DNA of 64,000 nt from Malacoraja senta. Taxonomy: Eukaryota. Location: positions 67,580,001-67,644,000 of the forward strand of contig CM075981.1 in NCBI GenBank assembly GCA_038087875.1, given 5' to 3'. Of the stretch, positions 39,461 to 51,469 are shown piece after piece (positions within the stretch are counted from its first letter, which is position 1; every line of letters begins with the position of its first letter). The notes under the pieces were generated by a model. The model did no database searches and was not told the DNA's origin. It saw only the letters and a list, made by a program, of their open reading frames with translations. Position numbers and translations under genes: made by a program.

Positions 39461-40819
39461 TGCTGCTCTTAAAGTCTTTTGCAATCAGCGACCACTGAGG
39501 GCAAGAATCCAAAATTGAAGATTTTTTTAAAGTAGGTTTTTGTCTGTAAATTTTAATTAAATTTCACGTGCCATTTTGAAGGGACGAAAATGAATTAGAG
39601 CTTGGAACATAGGAAATGGGGATAAGCCATTCAAATAGATCATGGTTTTTCCGTTATCCAACTCCACTTGGCCATACATGGCAACTCAGTAGCCCATTTA
39701 ATGAAACAAATCGAGGGGCTACTTCCAATTTAACACAAACTTGGTTAATAAATGCAACCCCATATTCAGGTACAATTTCCATCAAGAGACCGTGCACTGT
39801 GCTGAAATCTGTCTATGGCTGTAAACAGGATTCCTTATGAAACCAGCTGCAGTTTCTATGGTACCACTGGTCAGTGGAAGGTTAAAAACATATGAAAAAT
39901 AGATAACTAGTGATAGCAGTACTTATGTACTAATATCTTACCTCAGCCACTAAGATCTGAACACTAAATCTCTTAAACTAATTCAAACAATTAACAATAA
40001 ACATAACACTTTCCTGTAAATCCAGTCCTCTCTAATCACTAACGATAACCCCTACTGGTAATCATTACACCTAATCCAAATCACTCACACAGCTACATCA
40101 CACCAGCACACTATCTAATCTCAATAATCTTACTATTGACTGGAAAATCATTTAAAGTAATATTACTAATTTCAGAATGAATCAGAAGCCAAATTATACA
40201 AAACAAGTTGAAGGTTGGGAAAGCACATAACCTGTGATAGTGGTGTTTAAATTCTGGTTCTAAAAAAAGGGATTAATATAGGATTAGTGAAAACGAGGGT
40301 TGCGTGTAAATTGGGGTCAGTGTGGACTTTATGGGCTGATGAGCCCGGTTCTGTGTTGCATCCTCTATGACACAAACTAACTGAGCACTGGACCAATTAA
40401 ATTCAGTTCATGGGTGAAACCATATTACTGATCCCATATATAATGCATTTTACAACCCTATATCATTTATTTTGTTTTTAAAATGATGGAAATAATCAGC
40501 AGATCAGGCAGCTTCTGTGGTGAGTGTAAGAAAATTCACATTTCAGATCGATTATCTAATATGGGAGCTGGGAATGATTACGTGTCCATGGGTTAGAAGA
40601 GGCAGGGGAGTGCAGAGGGGAGGGCAGAATTACTGAGCAGGCAGGCAGATGGCTTCTTTCTTTCATCGGTCTAGGCATTGAGTATAAACATTGGGAATCA
40701 TTGCATTATATAAAACTTGGGTTAAGCCATTTTTGATGTATTGTTTGCCGTTCTTGTTGCCACATTACAGCTTTGGATAGGGTGTAAAAGATAGGGTGTA
40801 AAATAGATTTTTGATTGTT

Positions 40820-41125
40820 TGATTGAAAGATACAGCATGAATACAACTTCAGCACACAAAATCCATGGCGACCATCAATCACCCGTTCACACTAGTTCTA
40901 TGTTATCCCACATTTACATCCATTTCATACACACCAGAGGCAATTTACAGAGGTTAATTAATCTACAAAGCTGGGATGTGGGAGGAAACCAGAGCACCTG
41001 AAGAAAGCCCATGTGATCACTGAGAAAAGTAGTAAACTCCATACAGACAGCACCTGAGGTTGGGATCAACCTCTGGTCTAAGGCAGTATGAGGCAGCAGC
41101 TCTATCTGCTACATCACTATGATGC
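40820..41125 (-). mobile_element. V-SINE/HE1-like SINE within CR1 remnants (40670-41575)
   Basis: Reverse complement central domain and tRNA-like head. Confidence 0.7.
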
Positions 41126-42149
41126 CCAAGAAGCAATTCAAAGGAAATTCATCAGAATAATTCCTGCGGTGAGAGGGTTTGTGTTCCTTGGAGTTAAGAG
41201 GAATGAGGGGTGACCTTATTCAAACATATAAGATCTTAAGGGGACTTGACAGGGAAGATGCTGGGTTGTTTTCATGAGTGGGAGAGTCACGATCAGGGGA
41301 TATAGCTACAAAGAATCACTTGAAAATTGAGGTGTGTCTGCATGCCTAGAAATCACTACTCTCAGACGGTACTGAAACTCTGGAATTCACTGCCTCAGAG
41401 AGTGGTGGAGATTGGATCAATATCAACATTGACAGGTAAATATTTGAAAGATGAAGGAGTTGAAGGTTATGGGTAGCTGGCATAGAACAGCCAGGATTAC
41501 GTATATTGAATGGTGGGTAGATTTGAGGGGCCTGGTGGTCTACTCATGCTCCTACTTTTTGTGTGTTTATGCTCTTGTGCCAAGAACAGAGGCTGAGAGT
41601 GGGAGTGTGATAGTCATGCTTATGGAGTGGGTGGAAATCTTATCCAAAATGTCCACCCAATTGCCAAATGATGGGGGGTCACATTGTGAGCAGTGAATAA
41701 CGTATATTACATTGGAAAAAAATATGGGAAATGGTGCTTTACATAAAATGAGTATTTAGAACCCTGGAGTGTGAGAAGAGGTTGTTCAAGGAGCAGGTAT
41801 TGCAACTCCAAGGGTTACATTAGGGGATTCTGTTTAACTTTCTTATCCATTTTTTATGACCCTTACATTGCTGGCAAGCCAATCCTCCCAGTGAAGGTGC
41901 TCTGTTTGGAGAATTATGCTGTTGGGGAGGGAATTTCAGCATTTATCTCAGCAACAATGAAAGAATAACAACAAAATATTTCTATAATAGGATGGCTTGC
42001 AACAGGAAGAGGAATCTACAGTGGTGTCACACATAACTGTTGCCTTTGTCCTTCTTGGTGGTAGGGGTTGTGGCTTAGGAGGTGTTGTGCAGTAGCATAG
42101 TGAGGAAGGTGGAGCAAGAAAGAGGAAGGAACAGGAGAAATGGAGGAGT

Positions 42150-43615
42150 GATCCAGAGCATTAGGAAGTATGCTGACCTTCCTGAAAGGTGAGAGCGAAG
42201 AATGCAGTGTATTGGTGGAAGTTCCAAAATTGCAGAGGAAGATTGGTTGAACATGAAGGGTGGTGAGGTGTTCAGGCAAGGTGTGAGAATATTAAAGCAA
42301 CAACTGGAATATCAAATGCAATGTACAGTTGAAGGCAAACCCTTGGCTGAAGAAGGAAGACACATCGGAAATACTGGTGTGATGTTGGCATTGTCAGAAC
42401 AGAAAGAGGAGCTGATGAAATGCAGTCTTTATAAAAACCTCAGTGGGTAAAAATGTAACTAAGTTAGCTGTGGAAGTCAGTGAGCTTTTAGTGAATGTTC
42501 TGTGATCCTATCTTCACAGAGGCAGGGAAAGAAAATGTAAAATGTCATAGATGGATGGTGGAAAGATAAGTTCAGGGTGGAAATTGACAGTAAAAGAATT
42601 GGTGTTTTCTTATTCAAGGAGTCAGCAAGAAATGGTCTCTGTACATGTTCCAACAAAAAAAGGTAAGTGAGAAGATCTGAGTGTGATTGAAATGGAAAAG
42701 GTTCAACAAGCACTGCTGAATCCATATGTGTTCCCATAGCAGCGTATTTTGCTTGGAAGTAATAAATGGATCCAAGGGAATTGTTGTTCAGTGTGCGAGT
42801 GAGTTCATCGAGAAGGATAGTAGTGGAAAGGGAACGTTTCAGGCTATGTTCAAGGAAGAAGTGAAGGGGCCTCAACTGGTCTTGGTGAGAGGCATGGAGG
42901 ATTTAGCCAGATTGGTGCAAGGAAATTAGAAAGTGGCGGAGAGTGTCATCAAAGTCCTGGATGGAAGTGGCAAGAGATTAATCAAGGATGATAAATTAGA
43001 CTCATGGAAGGAATAAATAAATCTGTGGCGAGCAGAACAGGCTGAATGAATAGGTGCACCAGGGAAACTCTGCTATGAATATGAGCAAGACAGGAGCAAT
43101 TGCATGTGTGTGTTTGGGGATGGGGGAGGCAGATCTAGCACCTACAAGGTCGTCACAAATTGCTGGAGAGAAGGAATGGGTGACGTTTGGGGTCGAGTCT
43201 GAAGAAGGGTCTTGAACCGTCACCTATGCCTTCTCTCCAGAGATGCTGCCTGTCCCGCTGAGTTACTCCAGCATTTTGCGCCTATCTTCGGTGTAAACCA
43301 GCATCTGTAGTTCCTTCCTACACCTACAAGGTAGTGTTCAGCACCAACCTTGCGCTCAGTGTCGATCTGGAAGGCGCTGTGTTGATTCGTACTTGTTTGG
43401 AGCCAGTTATGGAGGTAAAGCACAGAGTTCAGGGCGGGGTTTGAGATAAATGTAACAGGTTACTTGAGGATCAGACCCGCTGACTGAAAGCGGGGTGCTC
43501 TGCCAACCTGGCCAACAATCTGCGTTTGACCTCCCCGATAGAGAGGACCAAAGTCAGCACAGTAAATCGAAACAAGTCCAAATGTATCACTGCTTCACCT
43601 GGAGGAGATAAAAGA
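42150..43615 (-). mobile_element. Old PLE remnant including RT core
   Basis: YYFQAKYAAMGTHM resembles the PLE RT motif Q..G.AMGT.M; 43400-43615 is a further PLE-like piece. Confidence 0.55.
43154..43320. mobile_element. PLE-derived fold-back element, 15-bp TSD
   Basis: CACCTACAAGGTCGT (43139-43153) / CACCTACAAGGTAGT (43321-43335). Confidence 0.85.
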
Positions 43616-46600
43616 CACCCATCACCTGTGGTTGCATGGGATGGGACAGGAGGGAATAAGTTACACAGAACTCATTTCTTCCTGCCTTGAGTCTATTTGT
43701 TTCCGACAATCGACAAAAAAATAATGCATATTCTGGAAATCAAAAATAAAAACGGATAATTTTGGATGTACTCGGCAGGCCAGGCTGCACTGCGGGAAGA
43801 GAAACAGAGCGGGGATTATGTATCGAATACTCTTTTATCAAAACAGAGTACTTCCAACATTTTATGTTGCAAACCGTCCCTTTGGAAGGCTGAAAGAGGG
43901 GAAGAGCGTAAGATGTACAGTACTTTGCAGACGCGGTTTACTGAAGCTATTCAAACAACTGTCATCTCTCAACCCTATCCAAAGCTACCAATCCTGAATC
44001 ACCGTTTAATAGGGCAACCTACCCAAACTTTGCATAGCACGAGCATAATCGATCCTAGCCCCGGCTCCATAAAGCAACAGAAGGTATTCCAACTGGGTAA
44101 ACCCAGACGGCAGCTGAATCAAGTGGAACAGAGGGTCCAATTTACGACCAAGTCATTTGAAAGGATTCCCGCTAAGTGAATGTCCAACCTCAACCTCCTC
44201 ACCAAGTCATGTCACCGCAATTCACCAGTGCACCGCCTATCGAGTCCCAAAATTAGCAGCTGCAATTAATGATATTATTGCCGACATATCAACAAAGTTT
44301 AAAACTAGGAATGCACGGAGTCCACTTAACTCCTTGTAGCATGCATGGTCGTTCCGCCACACCGGTTAGCCATACTTGCTGCATGCATTTGGATGTCCGT
44401 GCATGCTGCACACATGCAGTATGCACCTTCTACACCCATGCACGAAGACACATCCAGCCCGTAAACCCAGGCTAAACAGAATCAGTTTGCAGGCAGCCCA
44501 AGACCACGCCGTTTCATGAATTTAGGGGGGAATCAGTAGAAACCGAACACATCGTCAGGAACAAATACACACTTGGAGTCAATGCACATTTACAGTACAA
44601 ACATAGCGTAGAGGCCGAATTAACCACCCCAATTGCTCGTGGTAATATTTATGGAGATTAATATAATTGGTTATAAAACGGGGTTCAGAAAAGACAAGAA
44701 TGGGGAACAATTGGAATAATTCTGCCGTAAATCCAATGTACGTTTTCAATGGGAGCAAGTTTATAGCGGAACAAATCTGTTTATTATAAGAAAGCAAAAG
44801 GGAATATATAGCTGAGTGTGAGTGGAAGAATATATAATGGCTTCTGCTGTCTTTCAGTCAGGGTCAGATCATAATGATTATTATTTTTGGTTAGCCTACT
44901 GATAATTAACTAAAAGTAGGACCTTCTTAATGAAACACGTTCCAGAAGGTGATAATTAGTGGGAAAGAGTGGAGATACAAATGACTGGGATCTGTTCTAG
45001 CAGCAGAAACGAGTTTGGCTGGCCGTGGAAATTTTATTTTTCAGATGTCAATTCTGTTACTTAATCAGAGCAAATCCACTGACCGGACAACTCTTGCTAG
45101 TAAAATATGATTCAATTCGATTTCAGAATCAGTTAGAAGGAAGAAAATTGTACGGGAAAAAAAATCTGATTTAAACGGGGTTCATTCTTAATCCTGTTGA
45201 TTAGACCGAAGTGCCAGTTTAATTCTGCGCGTTGTAATTTGGTTTTTTTTTTCCTGGGGTAGTTTAATACATGCCCTTTGCAATAAATAGTCCAACGTGT
45301 GTATCGGCGAAGTCCAATACATTGAAACAGTCAGCGTACTGCGAAATGGTTGAAATGCCTCCCTAACTTCTATTTCTTTATTTAGCCCTCAAAGAAAAGT
45401 TATAATTGGCAACGTTGGAATATTAAAAATGTAATTAGATGGGATTAATCTACAATAAATGGCTAACCGGGCATCGCCGAGTGCCTTTGATACCACATTA
45501 CGTGTTTTAAACTGTTGTGTTGTCTGATGATCCTAACAGTACTTTATAAATATTTCCTTTAGAACACAAATAAGTTATTTTACATTATTCGTGTGAAATA
45601 GGCACCAAATTTGGAAAAAAAAACAATCTGGATAACTATAATCTCCGTGAGCAGAGAGAATAGCTGAAGGAAAACGAAAACGATTACGAGGCGTTTAAAC
45701 ATTTAATAAGTGCGGCTAGTTTAAGTCTAAAAGAAGGCGTCACTTTAGCAAAATTCCAGATAAACCTTTATCACAGAGAGACAGTGTCTAATTATTTAAA
45801 TGGACTGTGATACCCAGCAGCAACTATTAAATTATTATTCTCTGTATAAATACCTCACCGCCTGCGTGTGTCTGTAACTAACGTGTTTATGGCCGGCATT
45901 ACCCAGCTTGAACCTTTACATCAAGTCAAGGCGTATAAATTAATAACCTTCATATATGTTAACGACCCCCACCCCGAAACAAAATCCCGTTTAATAAAAA
46001 AATAGCTGTCACCCTTATTGGTGACAAGTATGAGCAAATTTGCACTATTTTACGGGGGTTGCATATTTTCGACAGTCATAATCATTTCTTATTAGTCTGC
46101 CCCGCTGATGTTCTATCGATCAGCGTACAATTTAATTGGTGGCTTTACGACGAGTCCCTCAGTTCCCCAGGTGTCCTCATCTCCTAGTAACATACAAAGA
46201 TGTATGAAAACAAACTAGTCTCCTTTTACTGTCTTTGTTTAATAGTTCGTAATGTGCTAGCGTGAATTCTCTAAATTATGTTTGACGACAAATACACTGC
46301 CAAACAAACGCCCATGAAATAAATAATTACTATTTTCAGATATGAGTCGGGTCTGGAACTGGGATCAGAGGATTGGAAATTAAAATTCAGTGAATCAGGT
46401 GTGGAAAATCGAAACAAATTTCCAGGATCCCGAGGCTGTGTGAACGCTGAATTTCATCCGCGATAAAATAGAAGTCTTTCTCCCAATAATAGTTTTTTTC
46501 CTTTAAAAATTGCATATGAGATTACGTTCTACGGAAGCGTTTCGGCGAAGCGGATAGATTTTTATTTGCTCGTTGCAAAATTAAAAGCCGATTTAAAGCG

Positions 46601-48082
46601 TGCGTGGAAAACAGGCCCGTTGATTCCAATCCCGAATGCAATTTTAAGTTTCGATATTTTTTGTCTCAGTTACAGGACTGGGGAATTGCAGTTCATTGCT
46701 ATATCATTGATAGTCTACAAATTTAAATCATTAGGAGACATTTCTCCTGCATTTGACACAGTTATGATGTTCAAGTTCTCTGTTACCTGAGAGTTGTAAT
46801 CATACTGCAGGTTACGGGTTTTGTAAACACTGTCTGAAGAAGTCTACAAATACATCAAAAAAACAAAGCGTCACTATTATTTCACGATGTTTCTGGGGGG
46901 GGGGGGGATCAAATATACTACATATAAATAAGTAAGGCAACACCCAACCATGGGTTATATTATAATATAAAAGCAGTGCTGTTATAGACTAAATGTACAG
47001 TTCATTCCAGACTCCTTGGAGAGTTTCCCCAAGCTGTGTGCAATATCAGGGCAAATAAATTATGTTCTTAATAAGAATCTATCGTCAGTCTAGCAAGGTA
47101 TATGTGCGACATCTTTGAAATGAGAAAGGACGGTTTAAAATCACCCTGTGAAAAACAATTAATTAAACGGTTTAATCAATTTGGATATTGTAATAAATAA
47201 TGTTTTGTTTTAACTTTTCAACAATTTTTTTTAAAGAACGTGGAATTGTATCAGGTGAAGCTGTCTAGGAAAATCTAATTTGGAGAGAACTGTCTACTTT
47301 GGTGCGACTTCAGCCTATACTGTGAAGTCGAAGTGTCTCGCGCCCATTTGCAGCTGTATTATTTTAATCTATATGAATTTGTCTCCGGATTAAATGTGGT
47401 TAGGATTTTTTTTTGTAATTTACACTCTGCTCTCCGATCGATCCGACACCTCTTATTGAGTACGCGGTAATTTTTCACGCTAGCTGCGAGGTGCTGAGAT
47501 AAACCCCTCTCATTAGAGGCGACTGCGAAGGATTGCTAATTTGTCCAAACTGTCAGTGCCTTGTACAACCCCAGGTTAAAAATAAATCACAAAATAAACT
47601 GCACCTTCCCAACCTGTGCAATTCATCATCCTGTAAGGATCTAGGGGTCCAAACCAAAAAAAAATATGCTTCTTCGGTAAACACTTAGGTGGGTGGGGGG
47701 GGGGGGGGGGGGAATAATAAAAGCATCTAATTTGCTTCAGCTAATTTGGAAATGTGTTGCAAATGGGGCTCTTGAAAATTACGTTCATAATTAATTGTGC
47801 AAATTTGTTTCTATTAAATAAAAATAACACGTATTGAAGAACTCAATTACCATTAATTAAGCTTGATATCCTAATTTGGAAATTCTGTAATACAAACCAG
47901 CCGTTTTGGAACCGGTTGTGAGAGAGAAGAGTGCAGCCCTTGGGCTGCGCTCAGTCCTTGGAGATTTGGAAATCAGAAAACGAGATGGAAGCGCACAAGG
48001 TGCTAAATTAGCTCCGTGATCTGCACTTATTGCATGCACACTCCCCATTACTGCGCCTTTCTGCGTGCAACTTAATATTCAG

Positions 48083-48230
48083 NNNNNNNNNNNNNNNNNN
48101 NNNNNNNNNNNNNNNNNNNNNNNNNNNNNNNNNNNNNNNNNNNNNNNNNNNNNNNNNNNNNNNNNNNNNNNNNNNNNNNNNNNNNNNNNNNNNNNNNNNN
48201 NNNNNNNNNNNNNNNNNNNNNNNNNNNNNN
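48083..48230. other. N run, 148 bp
   Basis: Directly visible. Confidence 1.
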
Positions 48231-50039
48231 GAGCAAAAACAATTTGCACAGTCCCATAATGATCCAGCGTTCAAATTGAAAATTTCTCTTGGTATAAATT
48301 GAATTCATAAAGTATGATTCATCGCGGACACATCTCCCGGAGACTGCGAGCTAGATCGATTGATAGTTTGTCTAGAAACAGCTTCCTCCTCAGGCTCAGC
48401 AAAAAAAAAAAACCCTATTGAGCTGAGTGCAGCACCAACATTGGAGTAAACTGCTTAACTAAATCACTAATTCACCTTAAGGACATGTGTCTGCTAGCGA
48501 CCGATACTCGGCCTCATTCACAACCGCAATCATTATGGCTGTAAATAAATAAAACATGAGCTATACAGACAAAATGAACAGCTGCAAATTGAAGAAAGGA
48601 CGCAATTTATTGCTGGCAGGGAAATATTTCACGTTATTTAAAACAACATAGCATTTTAAACGCCCGGGCTTTTCCCCTCCTTTCGCGGATTATAATTTCC
48701 CCCCACCTTTTGGTACCAAACCGATATAGAAATGGCAAGCGTGACCACTCGGGTCAGGGATTTGAGGCGAGACGGGTTTAAGGACACCGACACAATCATT
48801 TTCCTATTAACTGAATTTGTACAGAATGTACATTTCGGCTCCTAGAATCTAAAGTGACGTCCGTCTCGACACAAATTCTCTTTTTTTTTAATCTAATTAT
48901 TTTTTTCTCCAAAAGCTGTCGCGTCCTGCAGAGCAAATATCACAGACACCGAGCGAAAATTATGTAAATATTATTAAAGAGAACGGGAGCTCAGAAATTC
49001 ATCTGCGCACACCCAGAACTAAGCCGGCCTTATTATTATATTCAATTTATTTGCAAATAAAAGTCCCGATGACCAGAAGGGATCAACGATATTTAACTAG
49101 GCTGTAAACATAATTCCACTATGCACAGACTCGACAAAATTAATGGTTTTAATAATTGGGATTTTAATTCCCAGGGAACTGATGTAGTTTACACTGCATA
49201 AGTGCCCTGTAAATTGAAGGGGATTGGCGTGGGAGGGGTGGCGGCTGATGAGGCGGGGATGGGGGGAGGTGGGGGTGTTAGCAACACTGGGTGCGAGTTT
49301 TTGGCAAAGTTTCTCATCCCCCCACCCCCCACCCCACCCCTCCCCATCTCCCCACCCCTCCCCTCGCCCCTCTTTTTTTCTCGGTACAGCTGTCCTGAAT
49401 CTTGCAAACTCCCCCCTTGGGTCTCCTCCCTATTAGAACAAATGTGTTCTTTTGTTGAGGCGCGTTTGCTTTCCCTGTCCTATTACAGGCGACACATGAT
49501 CAATAGGATGATAACACCAGAACATCAATATAAGCGACAGAACAATGAAGGATATCATCGAACATCTATCTTAATATAGCCTGCTACAAGATACATGACA
49601 AAGGAAATCTCATGAAAATTCCAACCCACGATTTCCCATTTCACAACCAATTCAGCACAGTCAAATATGCACACACGCATCTCATCCTATTATTTTGCAA
49701 TTTCAATTTTATGCCCCAGCCCTTTCATGCTAATTCTATTATTGAAGGAACTTGTGTGATTTCATATCACTATAAAATCGGTAATGTGTAATAACCCTTT
49801 GGGCTAAACCCGACCTCGGCTGCCATCGGGAAAATAATCACTTTCATATCAGAACTCGGCAGGAAGCGGGCAGGACCGCGGCCCCTCCGGCTTTACCACA
49901 GATTCACAGCATTTTAATGAATAAAGGTCTTATAGCAATAAATACAAACACAGGCTCGAGCAGAACAGCTCGGCTCCTGTGCAGATATTAACACTGACAG
50001 ATATGAGACAAAAGAGGATTTTTTTTTTAAACAGAAACT

Positions 50040-50045
50040 TTTATT
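50040..50045 (-). terminator. Probable UNCX polyadenylation signal (AATAAA); 3' UTR about 50020-50419
   Basis: TTTATT on + strand ~375 nt past the stop, in an AU-rich context with GT/T-rich sequence downstream. Confidence 0.6.
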
Positions 50046-50419
50046 TATAAAAATGTTACATCATATATAAATATTTAATACATTTGTTTGGGTTTTACAC
50101 GATGAGAGGAGAGGATTCCTGGTTTTTATACACTGCGTTCGGACACCGACGTTGACCGTGTATATATAAGATTTACTGTTTTCGCCCCGCTTAGTAAAAG
50201 CGAGCCGGGTTAATAGTCTTTTAATATCTGAGCGCATCTTCTCGTCAGTAAAATGTCACACAAGCATCCATCTGCAAAGCAAACAAACTAAATAAGTTGA
50301 AAGGACATGTTTATCTAATGAACTATGCGCGAAAGTCCATATTCTTTCCTCATTCTTTCACGATTCTTTGTTTTGTTGTGTCTGCTTTGCAGTTGTGATG
50401 TTACTTTAGAGAGGCCTGT

Positions 50420-51469
50420 TCAGTCCATGTCTATATCTTCGCACTCTGTCATGTGCTCTCGATGGCAGTTCGTTTGCACTGGCCCGGGAGAGTCGAGACT
50501 TTGTCGGTTTAGTTCAGTTGGACTCTCCAGGGCCTGAGGTTTACTCGATTCTGGCTGCTTGGAATTTGAATCGGGATAGCTGGCCTGCGTCGCGCTCTTA
50601 GTTGATCCGGAGTAGCTAGTCTGTGTTGGGTTCGGACTTGCCCCGGTGTAGATGCTCTGCGTTGTGGGGCTGGAATCTGACCCAGGACAGCTGGTCTGCG
50701 TTGAGTTTGAACTGGTCCCGGGGTTAATGGAATGTCCCTGGTCAGTTGCTGGAGTTATTGTATCAGCCCCAGCGGGAGATGAAGGTTGGACGAGGGGTGT
50801 CCGGACACTAGTTTGGGGTACGATGAAACCTAAGGGCTGGGTAATGGGGTACAGTAGGAAATGTCCTTTCCCAATAACTGCTCTGGGGGTTGCTAAGGCC
50901 GGGAATTCGTAATGCGCTTTGCGCCGAGGTGTGTCTGAAAGAAGACTTTCCACACTGAAAGGATTACTTTTCTGATCACACTTTGTCACGTCGGAAGAAC
51001 GACCGTTCGTGCACGGATGGCTCGGAGGTTGATCCCGATCGCACTCGGGATCTGACGATCTACTGGCATGATTCTGGGAAGCGTTTCTTTGGTGCGGGGC
51101 GAGTTTCGGTCCCGTTTGCTCACAGTTCGCTTCGCGCTGTACCCTGTTGGCATTTGGAGAGAGTTGGCCGGGTTCGACATGCCCTCGGACCGATTGGTAA
51201 TGGGTCAGGCTGCTGTCAGAATCGGATCCCGACGAGGCAATACTACAGTCCGCCTCCGGGTGAAGCAGTTTGTTTTGGGATTTCAACAGCTTTTTCTCCT
51301 GTTTTCGTTTCTTTTTCTCCATCTTTTCCATCTCCCTCCGGGCGATTTCCTCGGGGTCCATGGGCTCTCCGCTACATGTGGTTGGGTGTGAGTTGTGCGC
51401 TGGCCTCCCCGGACCTTTCTTGGTGTTTTCTTTCTTCCGCCATTTAGCTCTCCGGTTTTGAAACCATAC
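50420..51469 (-). CDS. UNCX: UNCX coding exon 3 (helix 3 VWFQNRRAKWRK, eh1 motif, C-terminus); spliced protein 493 aa
   Basis: TAG|GTATGGTTTCAAAAC; VWFQNRRAKWRKKENTKKGPGRPAHNSHPTTCSGEPMDPEEIAR, FSVESLL, KGHFLLYPITQPLGF and terminal DMD are UNCX hallmarks. In frame with ORF 50420..51361. Confidence 0.96.
   Translation of the reverse strand, partial: VWFQNRRAKWRKKENTKKGPGRPAHNSHPTTCSGEPMDPEEIARREMEKMEKKKRKQEKKLLKSQNKLLHPEADCSIASSGSDSDSSLTHYQSVRGHVEPGQLSPNANRVQREANCEQTGPKLAPHQRNASQNHASRSSDPECDRDQPPSHPCTNGRSSDVTKCDQKSNPFSVESLLSDTPRRKAHYEFPALATPRAVIGKGHFLLYPITQPLGFIVPQTSVRTPLVQPSSPAGADTITPATDQGHSINPGTSSNSTQTSCPGSDSSPTTQSIYTGASPNPTQTSYSGSTKSATQASYPDSNSKQPESSKPQALESPTELNRQSLDSPGPVQTNCHREHMTECEDIDMD

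Noticed and set aside
47305-47330. Small hairpin CGACTTCA...TGAAGTCG
   Set aside because: An 8-bp stem is expected by chance in 64 kb; no supporting context.
50983-51447. Plus-strand ORFs (154 aa, 107 aa) antisense to UNCX exon 3
   Set aside because: Shadow ORFs of a GC-rich coding exon with non-ATG starts and no recognisable domain.
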